Part shown: piece by piece, positions 9,958 to 20,128 of the stretch
Numbering within the stretch: position 1 is the stretch's first letter
Layout: the number at the start of each line of letters is the position of its first letter
Assembly (NCBI GenBank): GCA_040756655.1
Contig: JBFLYN010000002.1
Coordinates: forward strand, 72,634-136,633
Length of the DNA: 64,000 bases
Direction of reading: 5' to 3'
DNA from: Bacillota bacterium
GTDB taxonomy: Bacteria > Bacillota > Sulfobacillia > UBA8153
The notes under the pieces: generated by a model
Told to the model about the DNA's origin: nothing
What the model saw: only the letters and a program-made list of their open reading frames with translations
Database searches by the model: none
Program-made: the position numbers and the translations under genes

Positions 9958-11502
9958 CTACTCCCACTCTATGGTGGCAGGCGGTTTGGACGTGATGTCG
10001 TAGACTACCCGGTTGATCTCCGGCACCTCATTAACCAGGCGCGTGGATATGCGGGACAAGAGCGCCGGGTCCAGCCGGGTCCAGTCGGCGGTCATGGCAT
10101 CTTCGCTGTTGACCGCCCGTAACACCACCGTGTAGGCGTAGGTACGCTCATCGCCCATCACGCCCACGCTCCTAAACGCCGGCAGCACCGCAAATGCCTG
10201 CCAGATCTGGTCGTAAAGGCCGGCCTTCTTGATCTCGTCGATGAAAATGGCATCTGCTTCCCTTAGGACGGCCAGCCTCTCCTCGGTCACTTCTCCCACA
10301 ATGCGCACGCCCAAGCCGGGACCGGGGAACGGGTGCCTCCCGACGATCTCGTGGGGTAGCCCCAACTCCTGTCCCACCCGGCGCACTTCATCTTTGAACA
10401 GATCACGTAGCGGCTCCACTAGTTCGAACTTCATGTCCTTGGGCAGGCCTCCCACGTTGTGGTGGGTCTTGATGACCGCCGCCGTGGCCGTGCCGCTTTC
10501 GATGATATCCGGGTAGATGGTGCCCTGTACCAGGAAGCGGGCGTCCTGGTAGCGGGATGCTTCCTCCTCAAACACCCGGATGAACTCGGTGCCGATGCGC
10601 CGTCGCTTTTCCTCGGGGTCGGTGATACCTAAAAGGCGGTGGATGAACCTCTCCCGGGCATCCACCCGGCTGAGCTTCATGCCCATAACCCGGTGGAAGG
10701 TCTCTACCACCGTGTCGCCCTCGCCTTTCCTGAGCAGGCCGTGATCTACAAAGATGCACTGGAGCCGGTCGCCCACGGCGCGGTGCACCAGGGTGGCGGC
10801 CACGGCCGAGTCCACGCCTCCGCTCAGGGCACAGACTACGTGCCCGTCGCCCACCTGGCGCTGGATGCGGGATACCTGCTCTTCCACAAAGGACCCGGTA
10901 GTCCAGTCGCCTTTGAGCCCGGCCACCCGGAACAGGAAATTCTCCAGCACCTCTTGGCCGCGGTGGGTGTGCTTGACCTCGGGATGAAACTGGACTCCGA
11001 AAAGGCAGCGTTGGGCATCGGCCATGGCGGCCACCGGCGTGTTTCCGGTCCCCGCCAGCACCACAAAACCCGGCGGGGGGACCTCTACGGTGTCGCCGTG
11101 ACTCATCCAGCATTCCAAGTCTGGACCGAAACCGTAAAACAGGTCGGTACGGTCGTGGAGGTCCACCATGGCGCGGCCGTACTCACGGCGAAAAGCCCGG
11201 GCTACCTGGCCACCCAGGGCGTGGGCCATCAGGTGCATGCCGTAGCAAATGCCCAGCACGGGTACGCCCAGGCGGAAAATCCCCTCATCCACCTGGGGGG
11301 CACCGGGTGCGTAGACACTGGCCGGTCCTCCGGTGAAGATCACCGCCCGCACGTTCTTGGCTGCCAACTCCCGGGCAGTGGTGAAGTGCGGGAAGACCTC
11401 GCAGTAGACGTTGGCTTCGCGGACCCGCCGGGCGATGAGGTGCCCGTACTGGGCCCCAAAATCTATGATGGCGACGAGCTCGTGCGGTCTGATCATGAGC
11501 AC
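9958..11502 (-). CDS. guaA: GMP synthase (glutamine-hydrolysing)
   Basis: 514 aa. The GATase1 N-domain ([20 protein letters not shown]) and the ATP-pyrophosphatase SGGVDS motif are both present. Confidence 0.9.
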   Translation of the reverse strand: MLMIRPHELVAIIDFGAQYGHLIARRVREANVYCEVFPHFTTARELAAKNVRAVIFTGGPASVYAPGAPQVDEGIFRLGVPVLGICYGMHLMAHALGGQVARAFRREYGRAMVDLHDRTDLFYGFGPDLECWMSHGDTVEVPPPGFVVLAGTGNTPVAAMADAQRCLFGVQFHPEVKHTHRGQEVLENFLFRVAGLKGDWTTGSFVEEQVSRIQRQVGDGHVVCALSGGVDSAVAATLVHRAVGDRLQCIFVDHGLLRKGEGDTVVETFHRVMGMKLSRVDARERFIHRLLGITDPEEKRRRIGTEFIRVFEEEASRYQDARFLVQGTIYPDIIESGTATAAVIKTHHNVGGLPKDMKFELVEPLRDLFKDEVRRVGQELGLPHEIVGRHPFPGPGLGVRIVGEVTEERLAVLREADAIFIDEIKKAGLYDQIWQAFAVLPAFRSVGVMGDERTYAYTVVLRAVNSEDAMTADWTRLDPALLSRISTRLVNEVPEINRVVYDITSKPPATIEWE

Positions 11503-11518
11503 CCCTCCTAAAGAGCAG

Positions 11519-12067
11519 CTAGCTTCTGTACACCTCGGGCCTGAGCACGGCTATGTAAGGCAAGTGGCGGTATTGTTCGTTGTAGTCCAGCCCGTAACCT
11601 ACCACGAAGGCGTCGGGGATCTCAAAACCGCGGTAGTCCAGGTGCACCGGCACCCGGCGGCGGCTGGGCTTGTCCAAAAGGGTGCATACCCGCAGGCTGG
11701 CAGGTTTCCGGCCCAACAGGAGCCCGCGCAGGTAGGAAAGGGTAAGCCCGCTATCAACAATGTCCTCAACCAGCAGGACGTGACGCCCCTCTACGCTTAC
11801 GTCCAAGTCCTTGAGGATGCGCACGGCCCCGGAGGAGCTGGTGCCGGCCCCGTAGCTAGACACGGCCACGAAGTCAAAGGACAGTGGGAGATCGATGCAC
11901 CTGGTCAAGTCGGCCAGGAAGATCATGGCCCCCTTGAGCACACCCACCACGAACAGGTTGGTCTCCTGGTAATCCCGGGAGATCTCGGCTCCCAGCTGGC
12001 CTACCCGGTCGGTGAGAGTCTTCTGGTCGATGAGGACGCGCTCTACGTGGGTGTCGCAGTACGCCAC
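11519..12067 (-). CDS. hpt: Hypoxanthine-guanine phosphoribosyltransferase
   Basis: 182 aa. The PRPP-binding motif [14 protein letters not shown] is present and the protein is HPRT-like throughout. Confidence 0.85.
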   Translation of the reverse strand: MAYCDTHVERVLIDQKTLTDRVGQLGAEISRDYQETNLFVVGVLKGAMIFLADLTRCIDLPLSFDFVAVSSYGAGTSSSGAVRILKDLDVSVEGRHVLLVEDIVDSGLTLSYLRGLLLGRKPASLRVCTLLDKPSRRRVPVHLDYRGFEIPDAFVVGYGLDYNEQYRHLPYIAVLRPEVYRS

Positions 12068-12078
12068 TGGTGCTCCTC

Positions 12079-12576
12079 CTAGTCCCGCAACCTGGCACAG
12101 TCCCGCGCCCGGCCCTTTAGCACTTCCACGGCATGGGGCAGGGCGTCCAGCACGGCGCTCAGGTTTTCTCTCACCGCCCGGGGACTGCCCGGCAGGTTGA
12201 TGATGAGCGTCCTTCCCCTGACCCCGGCCGTGGCCCGGGACAGAGCGGCGTGAATGGTCTTTTGCAGCCCGGCCGCGCGCATAGCCTCGGCCAGGCCCGG
12301 TACCTCGAATTCGATGACATCATAAGTAGCATCCGGCGTCACGTCGCGCGGGCCCAGCCCGGTGCCGCCGGTGGTGATGATCAGGTCGGCCCGGTCGTCA
12401 TCGGCCAGCACCCGCATTTCCCGGGCGATAAGCTCCCGGGAGTCCTCAAGCACCACGTGGCTAACTACGGAGGCTCCGATGCTCCGGGCCAGTTCTGCCA
12501 CGACCTGGCCGCTCACGTCCTCGCGCTCCCCCCGGGATCCGGTGTCGCTGGCCGTCACGATGGCAACTCTAAACAT
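12079..12576 (-). CDS. mogA: Molybdopterin adenylyltransferase MogA/MoaB family
   Basis: MFRVAIVTASDTGS ... ITTGGTGLGPRDVTPD is the MogA/MoaB signature. The ORF extends to 12642, but the start is likely MFRV. Confidence 0.75.
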   Translation of the reverse strand: MFRVAIVTASDTGSRGEREDVSGQVVAELARSIGASVVSHVVLEDSRELIAREMRVLADDDRADLIITTGGTGLGPRDVTPDATYDVIEFEVPGLAEAMRAAGLQKTIHAALSRATAGVRGRTLIINLPGSPRAVRENLSAVLDALPHAVEVLKGRARDCARLRD

Positions 12577-12589
12577 GAACAACACCTCC

Positions 12590-14167
12590 TCAACCAGGGA
12601 TAAGCACACGCCCCGGCAACACGGGTAGCTCCCTATCACCATCCAATACCAGCTGGCCGTTGACCACCACGTAGCTTATGCCCGCCGGGTAATGGTGTGG
12701 CTCAGTGAAAGTCGCCGTATCCATTACGGTGTCCGGGTCAAACACCACCAGGTCAGCGTACATGCCCGGGCGGATGAGCCCGCGGTCAAGTATACCCATG
12801 CGAGATGCGGGCATAGACGTCATCTTCCTTACTGCTTCCTCCAGGGTAAGGATGCCCTCCTGACGCACATACTTGCCGAGTACCCTGGGGAAAGTGCCGT
12901 AGCAGCGGGGGTGGGGTTTCCCCTGGGCCGCCTGGGCCGAACGGGCCGAAGCGTCCGACCCGATCATCACCAGCGGGTGAGCCATGACATGCTTGACATC
13001 CTCTTCAGACAGGCCAAAGCCCACCATGCCTACGAGCATCCCGTTGTCCAACAAGAGGTCGATGACGGTATCTTCGGCACTCTGGCCCCGGGCTGAGGCG
13101 ATCTCTGGAATACGACAGCCTTCCCAGCGCCGGTCCTCGTCACGGGCAACCGAGGATACCATCACCCGGTTCCAATCCCGGCTGCCGTCTCCCTCGCGGA
13201 GCTGGGCCTTGATCTTATCGCGCCTGTTTCTGAGTTTGGCCATGACTTCATCCTGTGATCCTTCGCGCACCCAACCGGGCAGCACTGCCGAAAGGCTGGT
13301 GGCAGAGGCGATGTACGGGTACTGATCGGCAGTGACATCGATGCCCCGGGCGCGGGCCTCTTCCATGCGTGACAAGGCAGGGCGCACTAACCCCCAGTTG
13401 GGCTCCCCGGTAGCCTTTAGGTGAGAGATTTGAACCGGAATGCCGGCTTTCTTCCCGATCTCCAGGGCCTCGTCCAGGGACTCCAAAAGGCCCGCGCCTT
13501 CATTGCGCATGTGGGTAAAGTACAGGCCTCGGTGGCGGGCCGCCTCGGCGGCCAGTTCCACCAGTTCAGGAGTGCGCGCATACATGCCGGGGGTGTAGAT
13601 CAGCCCCGTGGATATGCCCCAAGCTCCCTGCTCCATGGCGGCACGAACGTGGGCTACCATGGCCGCCTGTTCCTCTGCGGTGGGATCGCGATCGTCGTTT
13701 CTCATGACCGCCCGCCGGATGCTGCTGTGCCCCACTAGGGCGGCCACGTTTACGGCAATGCCGGTTTCCCTGAGCGTGTCCAGGTATTGACCCATGGTTG
13801 ACCAGTTGCCAGCCTGGCCGTTCTCAAACTGGGATACCTCGTCCACGGGAGCTGCCGACGCACCGCACTGCCCTACGACTTCGGTGGTGATGCCCTGGCG
13901 GATTTTGCTGGAGGCCTGCGGAAAAGTGGTGAGGACCGAATCGGAATGGGAGTGGATATCGATGAACCCAGGGCAGACTACCTGGCCGCCCGCGTCAATC
14001 ACGGTCTCGGCCCGGGCCTTGCCGACTCTACCCACGTGGGCGATGCGGTCATGGGAGACGGCCACATCCCCGTAATACCAAGGCGCGCCGCTGCCGTCCA
14101 CCATGCGCCCGCCCCGTATGATTAACCGGTACAAGTTAGTTGTCCTCCCCCGTTCTTGGATGCTCAA
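12590..14167 (-). CDS. N-acyl-D-amino-acid deacylase (D-aminoacylase) family amidohydrolase
   Basis: 525 aa. The metal-binding motif FIDIHSHSD near the N-terminus and D-aminoacylase-like sequence throughout. Confidence 0.7.
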   Translation of the reverse strand: MSIQERGRTTNLYRLIIRGGRMVDGSGAPWYYGDVAVSHDRIAHVGRVGKARAETVIDAGGQVVCPGFIDIHSHSDSVLTTFPQASSKIRQGITTEVVGQCGASAAPVDEVSQFENGQAGNWSTMGQYLDTLRETGIAVNVAALVGHSSIRRAVMRNDDRDPTAEEQAAMVAHVRAAMEQGAWGISTGLIYTPGMYARTPELVELAAEAARHRGLYFTHMRNEGAGLLESLDEALEIGKKAGIPVQISHLKATGEPNWGLVRPALSRMEEARARGIDVTADQYPYIASATSLSAVLPGWVREGSQDEVMAKLRNRRDKIKAQLREGDGSRDWNRVMVSSVARDEDRRWEGCRIPEIASARGQSAEDTVIDLLLDNGMLVGMVGFGLSEEDVKHVMAHPLVMIGSDASARSAQAAQGKPHPRCYGTFPRVLGKYVRQEGILTLEEAVRKMTSMPASRMGILDRGLIRPGMYADLVVFDPDTVMDTATFTEPHHYPAGISYVVVNGQLVLDGDRELPVLPGRVLIPG

Positions 14168-14183
14168 TACTTCGGGGGATGGG

Positions 14184-14699
14184 TCAGAAAACCTCCTCGG
14201 CTAACACGGTGTCTTCTCCGTTCCGCCAGAAATCGCCGCTCCGTCCACCACTCTTCGACACCAGCCGGATGCCGTCCACGACCATGGTGCGGTCCACGGC
14301 CTTACACATGTCGTAGATGGTGAGCGCCGCCACGGCCACGGCCGTCAGTGCTTCCATCTCCACACCCGTCTTTCCGCTGGTAGCTGCCCGGGCTTCGATG
14401 AGCAGGGCCGACCCCGACGAATCGAAGGCAAAGTCCAGTTCCACGGTGTCCAGGGACAGCGGGTGGCACATCGGTATGAGGCGGCCCGTTTCCTTGGCGG
14501 CCAGGATGCCGGCGATACGCGCGGTGGACAGGGCATCACCTTTGGCCAGCGTACCACTGGACAGTCGCTGCAGGGTCTCCCGGTCCATGAGCACCTTCCC
14601 CCTGGCCACTGCCCGGCGCCGGGTCACCGGCTTTTCGCCGACGTCCACCATGCGGGCCCTCCCGCGGCGGTCAAGGTGGGTAAACTCCCCCATATTCAT
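14184..14699 (-). CDS. moaC: Cyclic pyranopterin monophosphate synthase MoaC
   Basis: 171 aa. MVDVGEKPVTRRRAVARG...IPMCHPL is the MoaC signature. Confidence 0.85.
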   Translation of the reverse strand: MNMGEFTHLDRRGRARMVDVGEKPVTRRRAVARGKVLMDRETLQRLSSGTLAKGDALSTARIAGILAAKETGRLIPMCHPLSLDTVELDFAFDSSGSALLIEARAATSGKTGVEMEALTAVAVAALTIYDMCKAVDRTMVVDGIRLVSKSGGRSGDFWRNGEDTVLAEEVF

Positions 14700-15676
14700 C
14701 CCCCCAGGCGGTGCATGCGCCGACGGCGGGCCCGGTCTGGCTGGTTGGCCATGTCATGCCCGGCCGGCTTGGCCAGGATGGCCCGGCGGATGAGATCCCG
14801 GATCTCCTCATCGCTAGCACCGTTTCTTAGCGGTTCCCTCAAATCTACCTCGTCGGGCGAGCCCAGGCAGGGGCTGAGTCCACCGGTGGATGATAGCCTC
14901 AAACGGTTGCAGGCCCCGCAAAAATGCTCGCTCAGTGGCGCGATGAAGCCCACGGTACCTTTGCCACCTTCCAGCCGGTAGTACCGGGCCGGGCCATTCC
15001 CAGTCACTCCCGCCGAGGGGTGCAACCTGCATTGTGCCTCCAGGCGGGCCCGGATCACGGATGCCGGCACAAAGCAGTCCGGCTGCATGTCCCCGGCGTC
15101 GCCCAGCGGCATCAGTTCAATGAAGCGCACGTGCAAGGGGCGTTCCAGGGTGAGGGCGGCAAAGTCTGCCACCTCATGGTCGTTGATGCCCTTCATGACC
15201 ACCATGTTCACCTTTACGGGAACCAGCCCGGCATCCAGGGCTGCATCGATGCCGGCCAGGACCCGGTCTAGGCCGCCCCGGCGGCAGATGGCATCGAACG
15301 TCTCCGGGTTAAGGGTGTCCAGGCTGATGTTGACCCGGGCCAGACCCGCCGCCTTGAGTTCCCGGGCCATTGGGGACAAAAGCTGCCCGTTGGTGGTCAT
15401 GGACACCTCCTCGATGCCAGGCAGGGCAGCTATGCGCCGGATGAACCCCGGCAGTCCCAGGCGCACCAACGGCTCGCCTCCGGTCACTCGCACGCGACCA
15501 ATACCCAGGTCACGAGCACAGCTGACCACTCTTTCCAGCTCCTCGTAACGGAGAACATCATGGTGAGCCCGCGGCAGCACCCCGGTTTCGGGCATACAGT
15601 ACATGCAGCGAAGATTGCAGCGGTCGGTAATGGAAATCCGGATGTAGTCTATGGTGCGACCACAAGGATCCTTCAT
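14696..15676 (-). CDS. moaA: GTP 3',8-cyclase MoaA (radical SAM)
   Basis: IDYIRISITDRCNLRCMYC is the radical-SAM CxxxCxxC motif. Likely start MKDPCGRTIDY at 15676, overlapping the upstream stop by 4 nt. Confidence 0.9.
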   Translation of the reverse strand: MKDPCGRTIDYIRISITDRCNLRCMYCMPETGVLPRAHHDVLRYEELERVVSCARDLGIGRVRVTGGEPLVRLGLPGFIRRIAALPGIEEVSMTTNGQLLSPMARELKAAGLARVNISLDTLNPETFDAICRRGGLDRVLAGIDAALDAGLVPVKVNMVVMKGINDHEVADFAALTLERPLHVRFIELMPLGDAGDMQPDCFVPASVIRARLEAQCRLHPSAGVTGNGPARYYRLEGGKGTVGFIAPLSEHFCGACNRLRLSSTGGLSPCLGSPDEVDLREPLRNGASDEEIRDLIRRAILAKPAGHDMANQPDRARRRRMHRLGG

Positions 15677-17574
15677 GGAGTCACTCGCCTTTCTGCGCCG
15701 GCCCCGGACCAATCATATCCTCCTAGTCGCTCCAGTTCGTGGTGGAAAGTCGGCGACAACGCCGCCTCCAACAAGCGGATCATGCCCGGCAGCTGCCGGT
15801 GCGCAGCCGGGATGGCCAGTTCGTAGCGCTCGGTGGTTACCGGGATGAAGTCCAGGTTGAGCGCCCGGGCGGCAGCCAGGATGCCCAGGCCGCAGGCAGC
15901 CGACCCCGACGCTACCGCCGCCGCCACCCCCATGTGGGTGTACTCCTCCCGCTCGTAGCCCCGGACAGCATGCGGGGAGATGCCCGCCCTTTCTAGGTGG
16001 AAGTCCAAGAGAATGCGGGTACCTGCACCGCGCTGCCGGTTGACCAGCGTCACCTCTTCCCGTGCCAGGTCCTGGAACCCGGCGATGCCCTGCGGGTTCC
16101 CCTTGGGGACCAGGAGTCCCTGCTGGCGGTGGAACAACGTCACCAGCGACACCTCCAGCCCGGGCAATGCCCGTTCCACGTACGGCAGGTTGTAATCGCC
16201 GGTGGCCGGGTCCAGAAGGTGTATACCCGCAGCGTGGGCCTCTCCCCGCCTGAGCGCCAGCAGGCCGGCCAGGCTGCCGGTGTGAGAGGATGAGAGCAAG
16301 TACCCGCGCAAAAGCCCGCCCAGGATCTCCAGGGCCAGGTCATGGCTGCCGCTGAGCACCACCGTGCGCTCCACTTGGGAAAGAGGAGTAAAAAGCTCCA
16401 CCTCCACCTCGGAGCCTTCGGCCAGGCCTTCAGAAAAACGGGTTACCCGGATTACACCGTCGGCGCGCACCAAAGACATGATGAGCCCAGCACCCCGGGC
16501 TATGGGCGTCGCCACCAGCTGGTCGCCGACCCGGCCCACCTTGACCCGCACGAACTCCTCCACTCCCATGGGCGATACTACCCGGCGAGACAGCCGGGCC
16601 CGGCACCTGGCAGCTTCCGGGGGCACTACGCCCAGCAGGCAGGCCACCAGTGGGCGGAGAAAGAGCGTGGCGGTCAGGTACGTTGATACCGGGTAACCGG
16701 GAAGTCCCAGCACCGGCTTGCCCCTCGCTACCCCCAGGATCACCGGCTTGCCGGGGCGGATGGCCACCCCGTGGCAGACCAGTTCTCCCCGGTCCTTTAC
16801 GATACCAGCCACATAGTCCTCGCTCCCGGCCGAAGAACCAGCGTTGATGACCACCACGTCAGCAGCATCCAGCGCCTCGTCCAGGGCCTGGGCAATGAGC
16901 TCCCGGCTGTCCGGCGCTGGGGGAAACCTCCGGGCCACCCCGCCCCAGGATTCCACCAGGGCTGCCAGCACAGGGCCATTGAACTCAGGGATCTGGCCCG
17001 GGGCCAGACCCGGCCCCGGAGCCACGAGCTCTGTGCCCGTGGGAATGATGGCTACTACCGGGCGACGGCGCACCGCTACCTCGGTAATTCCGGCCGCCAG
17101 CAACGCTCCCAGGTCCTCAGCCCTCAGTTGGCGCCCGGATGCCAGCACAGGTTCGGTGGCCACCAGATCCTCGCCCACAGCCCGCACGTGCTGCCACGGT
17201 GAAGCCGGGGCAGTGATCTCATAGCCGTCCGGGGTCTGGTGCACGTCCTCGATCATGATCACGGCGTCACACCCGGGAGGCAGGGGATCACCGGTGTCCA
17301 CCGGAAAGGCCCGGTCCCGGGACAGGGTCACCGGGGTGGTCTCGGACGCGCCGAAACTGTGCCGGGCCGGGAGCGCGATGCCGTCCATGGCACAGGCGTG
17401 GTAATGAGGCGACGAATTGCGGGCCAACACCGTCCCGGCCAGCACTCGCCCGGACGCGCCCGGGACGGGCACGGTTTCTGCCCGGTGCTCGGGCCAGTCC
17501 CGGCCCAGCCTGGTCAACAGGCGTTCCAGGGCCTCTTCCCAGGGAATGGCATCCAGGTAAACCCGGCGCGTCAA
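15673..17574 (-). CDS. moeA: Molybdopterin molybdotransferase MoeA fused to a C-terminal periplasmic-binding-protein-like (PBP_like) domain
   Basis: 633 aa. The N-terminal ~400 aa are MoeA. The C-terminal ~220 aa (SGSHDLALEILGG...LNLDFIPVTTERYELAIP) resemble the PBP-like domain known as a MoeA/ModE fusion partner. Confidence 0.75.
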   Translation of the reverse strand: MTRRVYLDAIPWEEALERLLTRLGRDWPEHRAETVPVPGASGRVLAGTVLARNSSPHYHACAMDGIALPARHSFGASETTPVTLSRDRAFPVDTGDPLPPGCDAVIMIEDVHQTPDGYEITAPASPWQHVRAVGEDLVATEPVLASGRQLRAEDLGALLAAGITEVAVRRRPVVAIIPTGTELVAPGPGLAPGQIPEFNGPVLAALVESWGGVARRFPPAPDSRELIAQALDEALDAADVVVINAGSSAGSEDYVAGIVKDRGELVCHGVAIRPGKPVILGVARGKPVLGLPGYPVSTYLTATLFLRPLVACLLGVVPPEAARCRARLSRRVVSPMGVEEFVRVKVGRVGDQLVATPIARGAGLIMSLVRADGVIRVTRFSEGLAEGSEVEVELFTPLSQVERTVVLSGSHDLALEILGGLLRGYLLSSSHTGSLAGLLALRRGEAHAAGIHLLDPATGDYNLPYVERALPGLEVSLVTLFHRQQGLLVPKGNPQGIAGFQDLAREEVTLVNRQRGAGTRILLDFHLERAGISPHAVRGYEREEYTHMGVAAAVASGSAACGLGILAAARALNLDFIPVTTERYELAIPAAHRQLPGMIRLLEAALSPTFHHELERLGGYDWSGAGAERRVTP

Positions 17575-17590
17575 AGTAGAAGCCTCCGTT

Positions 17591-18817
17591 TCACAGCAAG
17601 ATTACATCCACGGTGTCCCCGGCGCCGTACCCGCCTGTGTCCAGCGGAATGCGGATGAGGCCACTGGCCCGGGCCATGGTACTAATGAGTCCCGACTTCC
17701 CCAGGAGTGGCTGTGCCACGGTGACACCGCTTTCTACCGCCAGGGCACAGGGCACGTATTCCTCCCGCCCCGGCCGCGAAGCCAGGCTGCGGGTTACCGG
17801 GTGCCGCACTACTGGGCGGGGAACGTACCGGGCACCCTGGGCCCACGCTAGAGCCCGGCGCACTAGTACCAGGTACACTACCAGTGCCGAAAGTGGATGC
17901 CCGGGCAGCCCGAATACTGCTTTGCCCCCGATGGCAGCCACCAAGGTGGGTTTCCCCGGCTTAAGCGCCAGGCCGTGACACAGCACGCCGGGACTTCCCG
18001 CCCCGGCGATGACCTGGCCTACCACGTCGCGGCTCCCCACGGAAGAGCCGCCCGACATCAGCACCAGGTCATACTCCAAGGCCTGCTCTAGCCCGGAGCT
18101 GATGGTGCCGGGCTCATCAGCGAAGATACCCAGGTATTTGGCACAAGCACCGTCCTCTTCTGCGGCCAGGGCCAAAGCCGGGCCGTTGATGTCAAACACC
18201 TGGCCTGCGCCCAGCGGTTGCCCGGGCGACACCACTTCGTCTCCGGTTGAAAGCACAGCCACACGTAGCGGCGCCCGGACCGGCACATCGGAAAAGCCAG
18301 TAGCCGCCAGGGCCCCCACGTCGGCGGGACGCAGACGGTGGCCGGCGGCGAAAACACTCTGGCCCTCCACTAAATCCTCTCCCGCCCTTATCACGTTATC
18401 ACCGGGAGCGGCCGGTCGCTGCACCCAGACGGTACCGTCACCGGGTTCTTCAGTGTCTTCGATCATGACCACGGCGTCGCTGCCGGGTGGCAGCATGCCC
18501 CCGGTGGGAATGCGCACGGCCGTGCCCGGTCCCGGAAACACTGGCGCAGGACGGCCCATGGTAACCTCGCCCGCGACCGTCAGAAACGAGGGCATGCTTT
18601 CGCTGGAACCAAAGGTGTCCTGGGCCCGGACAGCAAACCCATCCACGGTGGAGCGCGCAAAAGCCGGCACCGGCAAGGTAGCCAGCAGGTCCCGGGCGGC
18701 CACACGGTTCCGCGCCCGGGCCAGTGGCACGTATTCCTCCTTGGGGACCGCCTCCTCCAGGTGTGAGCGTAGCAATTCCCAGGCTCTTTCAACCGTCACG
18801 ACTTCGAACAACCGCAA
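17591..18817 (-). CDS. moeA: Molybdopterin molybdotransferase MoeA, second stand-alone paralog
   Basis: 408 aa. MoeA N-, middle and C-terminal domains, with GGVSVG-like and GLPGHP motifs. Confidence 0.85.
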   Translation of the reverse strand: MRLFEVVTVERAWELLRSHLEEAVPKEEYVPLARARNRVAARDLLATLPVPAFARSTVDGFAVRAQDTFGSSESMPSFLTVAGEVTMGRPAPVFPGPGTAVRIPTGGMLPPGSDAVVMIEDTEEPGDGTVWVQRPAAPGDNVIRAGEDLVEGQSVFAAGHRLRPADVGALAATGFSDVPVRAPLRVAVLSTGDEVVSPGQPLGAGQVFDINGPALALAAEEDGACAKYLGIFADEPGTISSGLEQALEYDLVLMSGGSSVGSRDVVGQVIAGAGSPGVLCHGLALKPGKPTLVAAIGGKAVFGLPGHPLSALVVYLVLVRRALAWAQGARYVPRPVVRHPVTRSLASRPGREEYVPCALAVESGVTVAQPLLGKSGLISTMARASGLIRIPLDTGGYGAGDTVDVILL

Positions 18818-18833
18818 GACATTCCCCCCCGCT

Positions 18834-19172
18834 CTACCGGAAACAGCCCAGCTGGCAAGCGCAGATCTTCAGCCCCAGTTCATCAGCAAGCCTACCCAAC
18901 TCCAGGGGAGGCACGTCCAGCTGGACAGCCAGCGCCAGCAGCACTGCGCAGGCGATCTTCCCATCCCGGGCCCGGGCCTTTAGTTCCTGGGCGGTCCCAG
19001 TAGGCGTTCGTCCGGCCTGTTTCAAGTGTAGCCCTCCCATGGAAAACGGGCACCCGGATGGCGACCGGATGCCCGTCAAAAGTCTGCGGGCACAGTCCCT
19101 CTCCTTTCCGAGCACGGGAGGCGCAGCGGTTTCCCGCAGCACCCTTGGCCGGACTGGTCCGGCTGCGGCCAA
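18834..19172 (-). CDS. Small Cys-containing hypothetical protein at the head of the Moco operon
   Basis: 112-aa ORF. The C-terminus reads GKIACAVLLALAVQLDVPPLELGRLADELGLKICACQLGCF. No family was recognised. Confidence 0.3.
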   Translation of the reverse strand: MAAAGPVRPRVLRETAAPPVLGKERDCARRLLTGIRSPSGCPFSMGGLHLKQAGRTPTGTAQELKARARDGKIACAVLLALAVQLDVPPLELGRLADELGLKICACQLGCFR

Positions 19173-19286
19173 GCAGCGTGGGTCTGGGACCGTTAGCTGG
19201 CTTGGCTCGGAGTATGGGTTTTATGTATTAAGGTATGCTTCCACGTAGCCTGCAGGCTTTCCTGCTGGTCAGGTTGTCTTTTTGTC

Positions 19287-19868
19287 CTACCGTAGCACTA
19301 TCACCAGCCGGTCGTCGTGGCCAACCGCCCCCGGGTCCGCAAGGCCGTTCCAGCGGCACAAGGCACGGACCGTGGTCCGGTAGGTCTCGGCTACCTGGAC
19401 CAGCGTCTGGCCGGGTAACACACGGTGCAGGGTATATTCTGCGGGTATGAGGAGACGCTCTCCGGGCACCAGCCTGCTCTTCCCGTTCACTAGTTGGATG
19501 GCCCGGGCGGGCACTCCAAACACACCTTCCAGCAATTCGAACGTATCCCCCTCCTGGACGATGTAGCCCGGGCGCGGCCACTGGCGAGCCAACCAAAACC
19601 AGTATACCTTCGACAAGTCGTCTCCTGCGACCTCGCTCACCGAAGGTTCGAGTCTAAGCAGGCCAAGCAGTGAGCGCCAGGTCACCGCGTCCAGTTCCCC
19701 GCTGGCTAGGTCCGCTTCGAATCCAAAAAACGCCAGGGTCACCTGGAGTTCAGCCACATCCTCCCCCACTATACCCGGCACCAGGGGGCGGTAGGCAAAG
19801 TGGGCCGCGGTAACCGGTCGGCACAACATACAGACCAAGGCTAGTGTGGTTACGATGCGACGACACAT
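19287..19868 (-). CDS. Secreted peptidoglycan-binding protein (PG_binding_1-like plus two LysM-like repeats)
   Basis: The signal peptide is MCRRIVTTLALVCMLCRPVTAA. YIVQEGDTFELLEGVFGV and YTLHRVLPGQTLVQVAETY are LysM-like. Confidence 0.55.
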   Translation of the reverse strand: MCRRIVTTLALVCMLCRPVTAAHFAYRPLVPGIVGEDVAELQVTLAFFGFEADLASGELDAVTWRSLLGLLRLEPSVSEVAGDDLSKVYWFWLARQWPRPGYIVQEGDTFELLEGVFGVPARAIQLVNGKSRLVPGERLLIPAEYTLHRVLPGQTLVQVAETYRTTVRALCRWNGLADPGAVGHDDRLVIVLR

Positions 19869-20128
19869 GGGACTTCACCCCCCCAAGCTATGGGTCCCCC
19901 CGGACCCCATGACCTATTCTCCACCATCTACTGTAAGTCCTTCCAGATTCTGGTCTGGTACCGTATCCTGTTGTGCGGCCAATGTTGCCCTTGGGTGCCT
20001 CGCCAAGCCATTAGCCCCGGGGTCTTCTCAGTGTACGGAAACATCCCTTTGCTCACCTTGACCCGCTGTTGCGCCATCCAAGAGAACCAGAAAACCGATG
20101 CATCCCTGCCCGGGCCCGGCGTGGACTC

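Noticed and set aside
9743-9960. Guanine or ZTP riboswitch upstream of the purine permease / pur operon
   Set aside because: The leader from the mapped promoter is only ~76 nt and lacks the purine-aptamer conserved junction sequences. The 9911..9932 hairpin belongs to the guaA 3' end.
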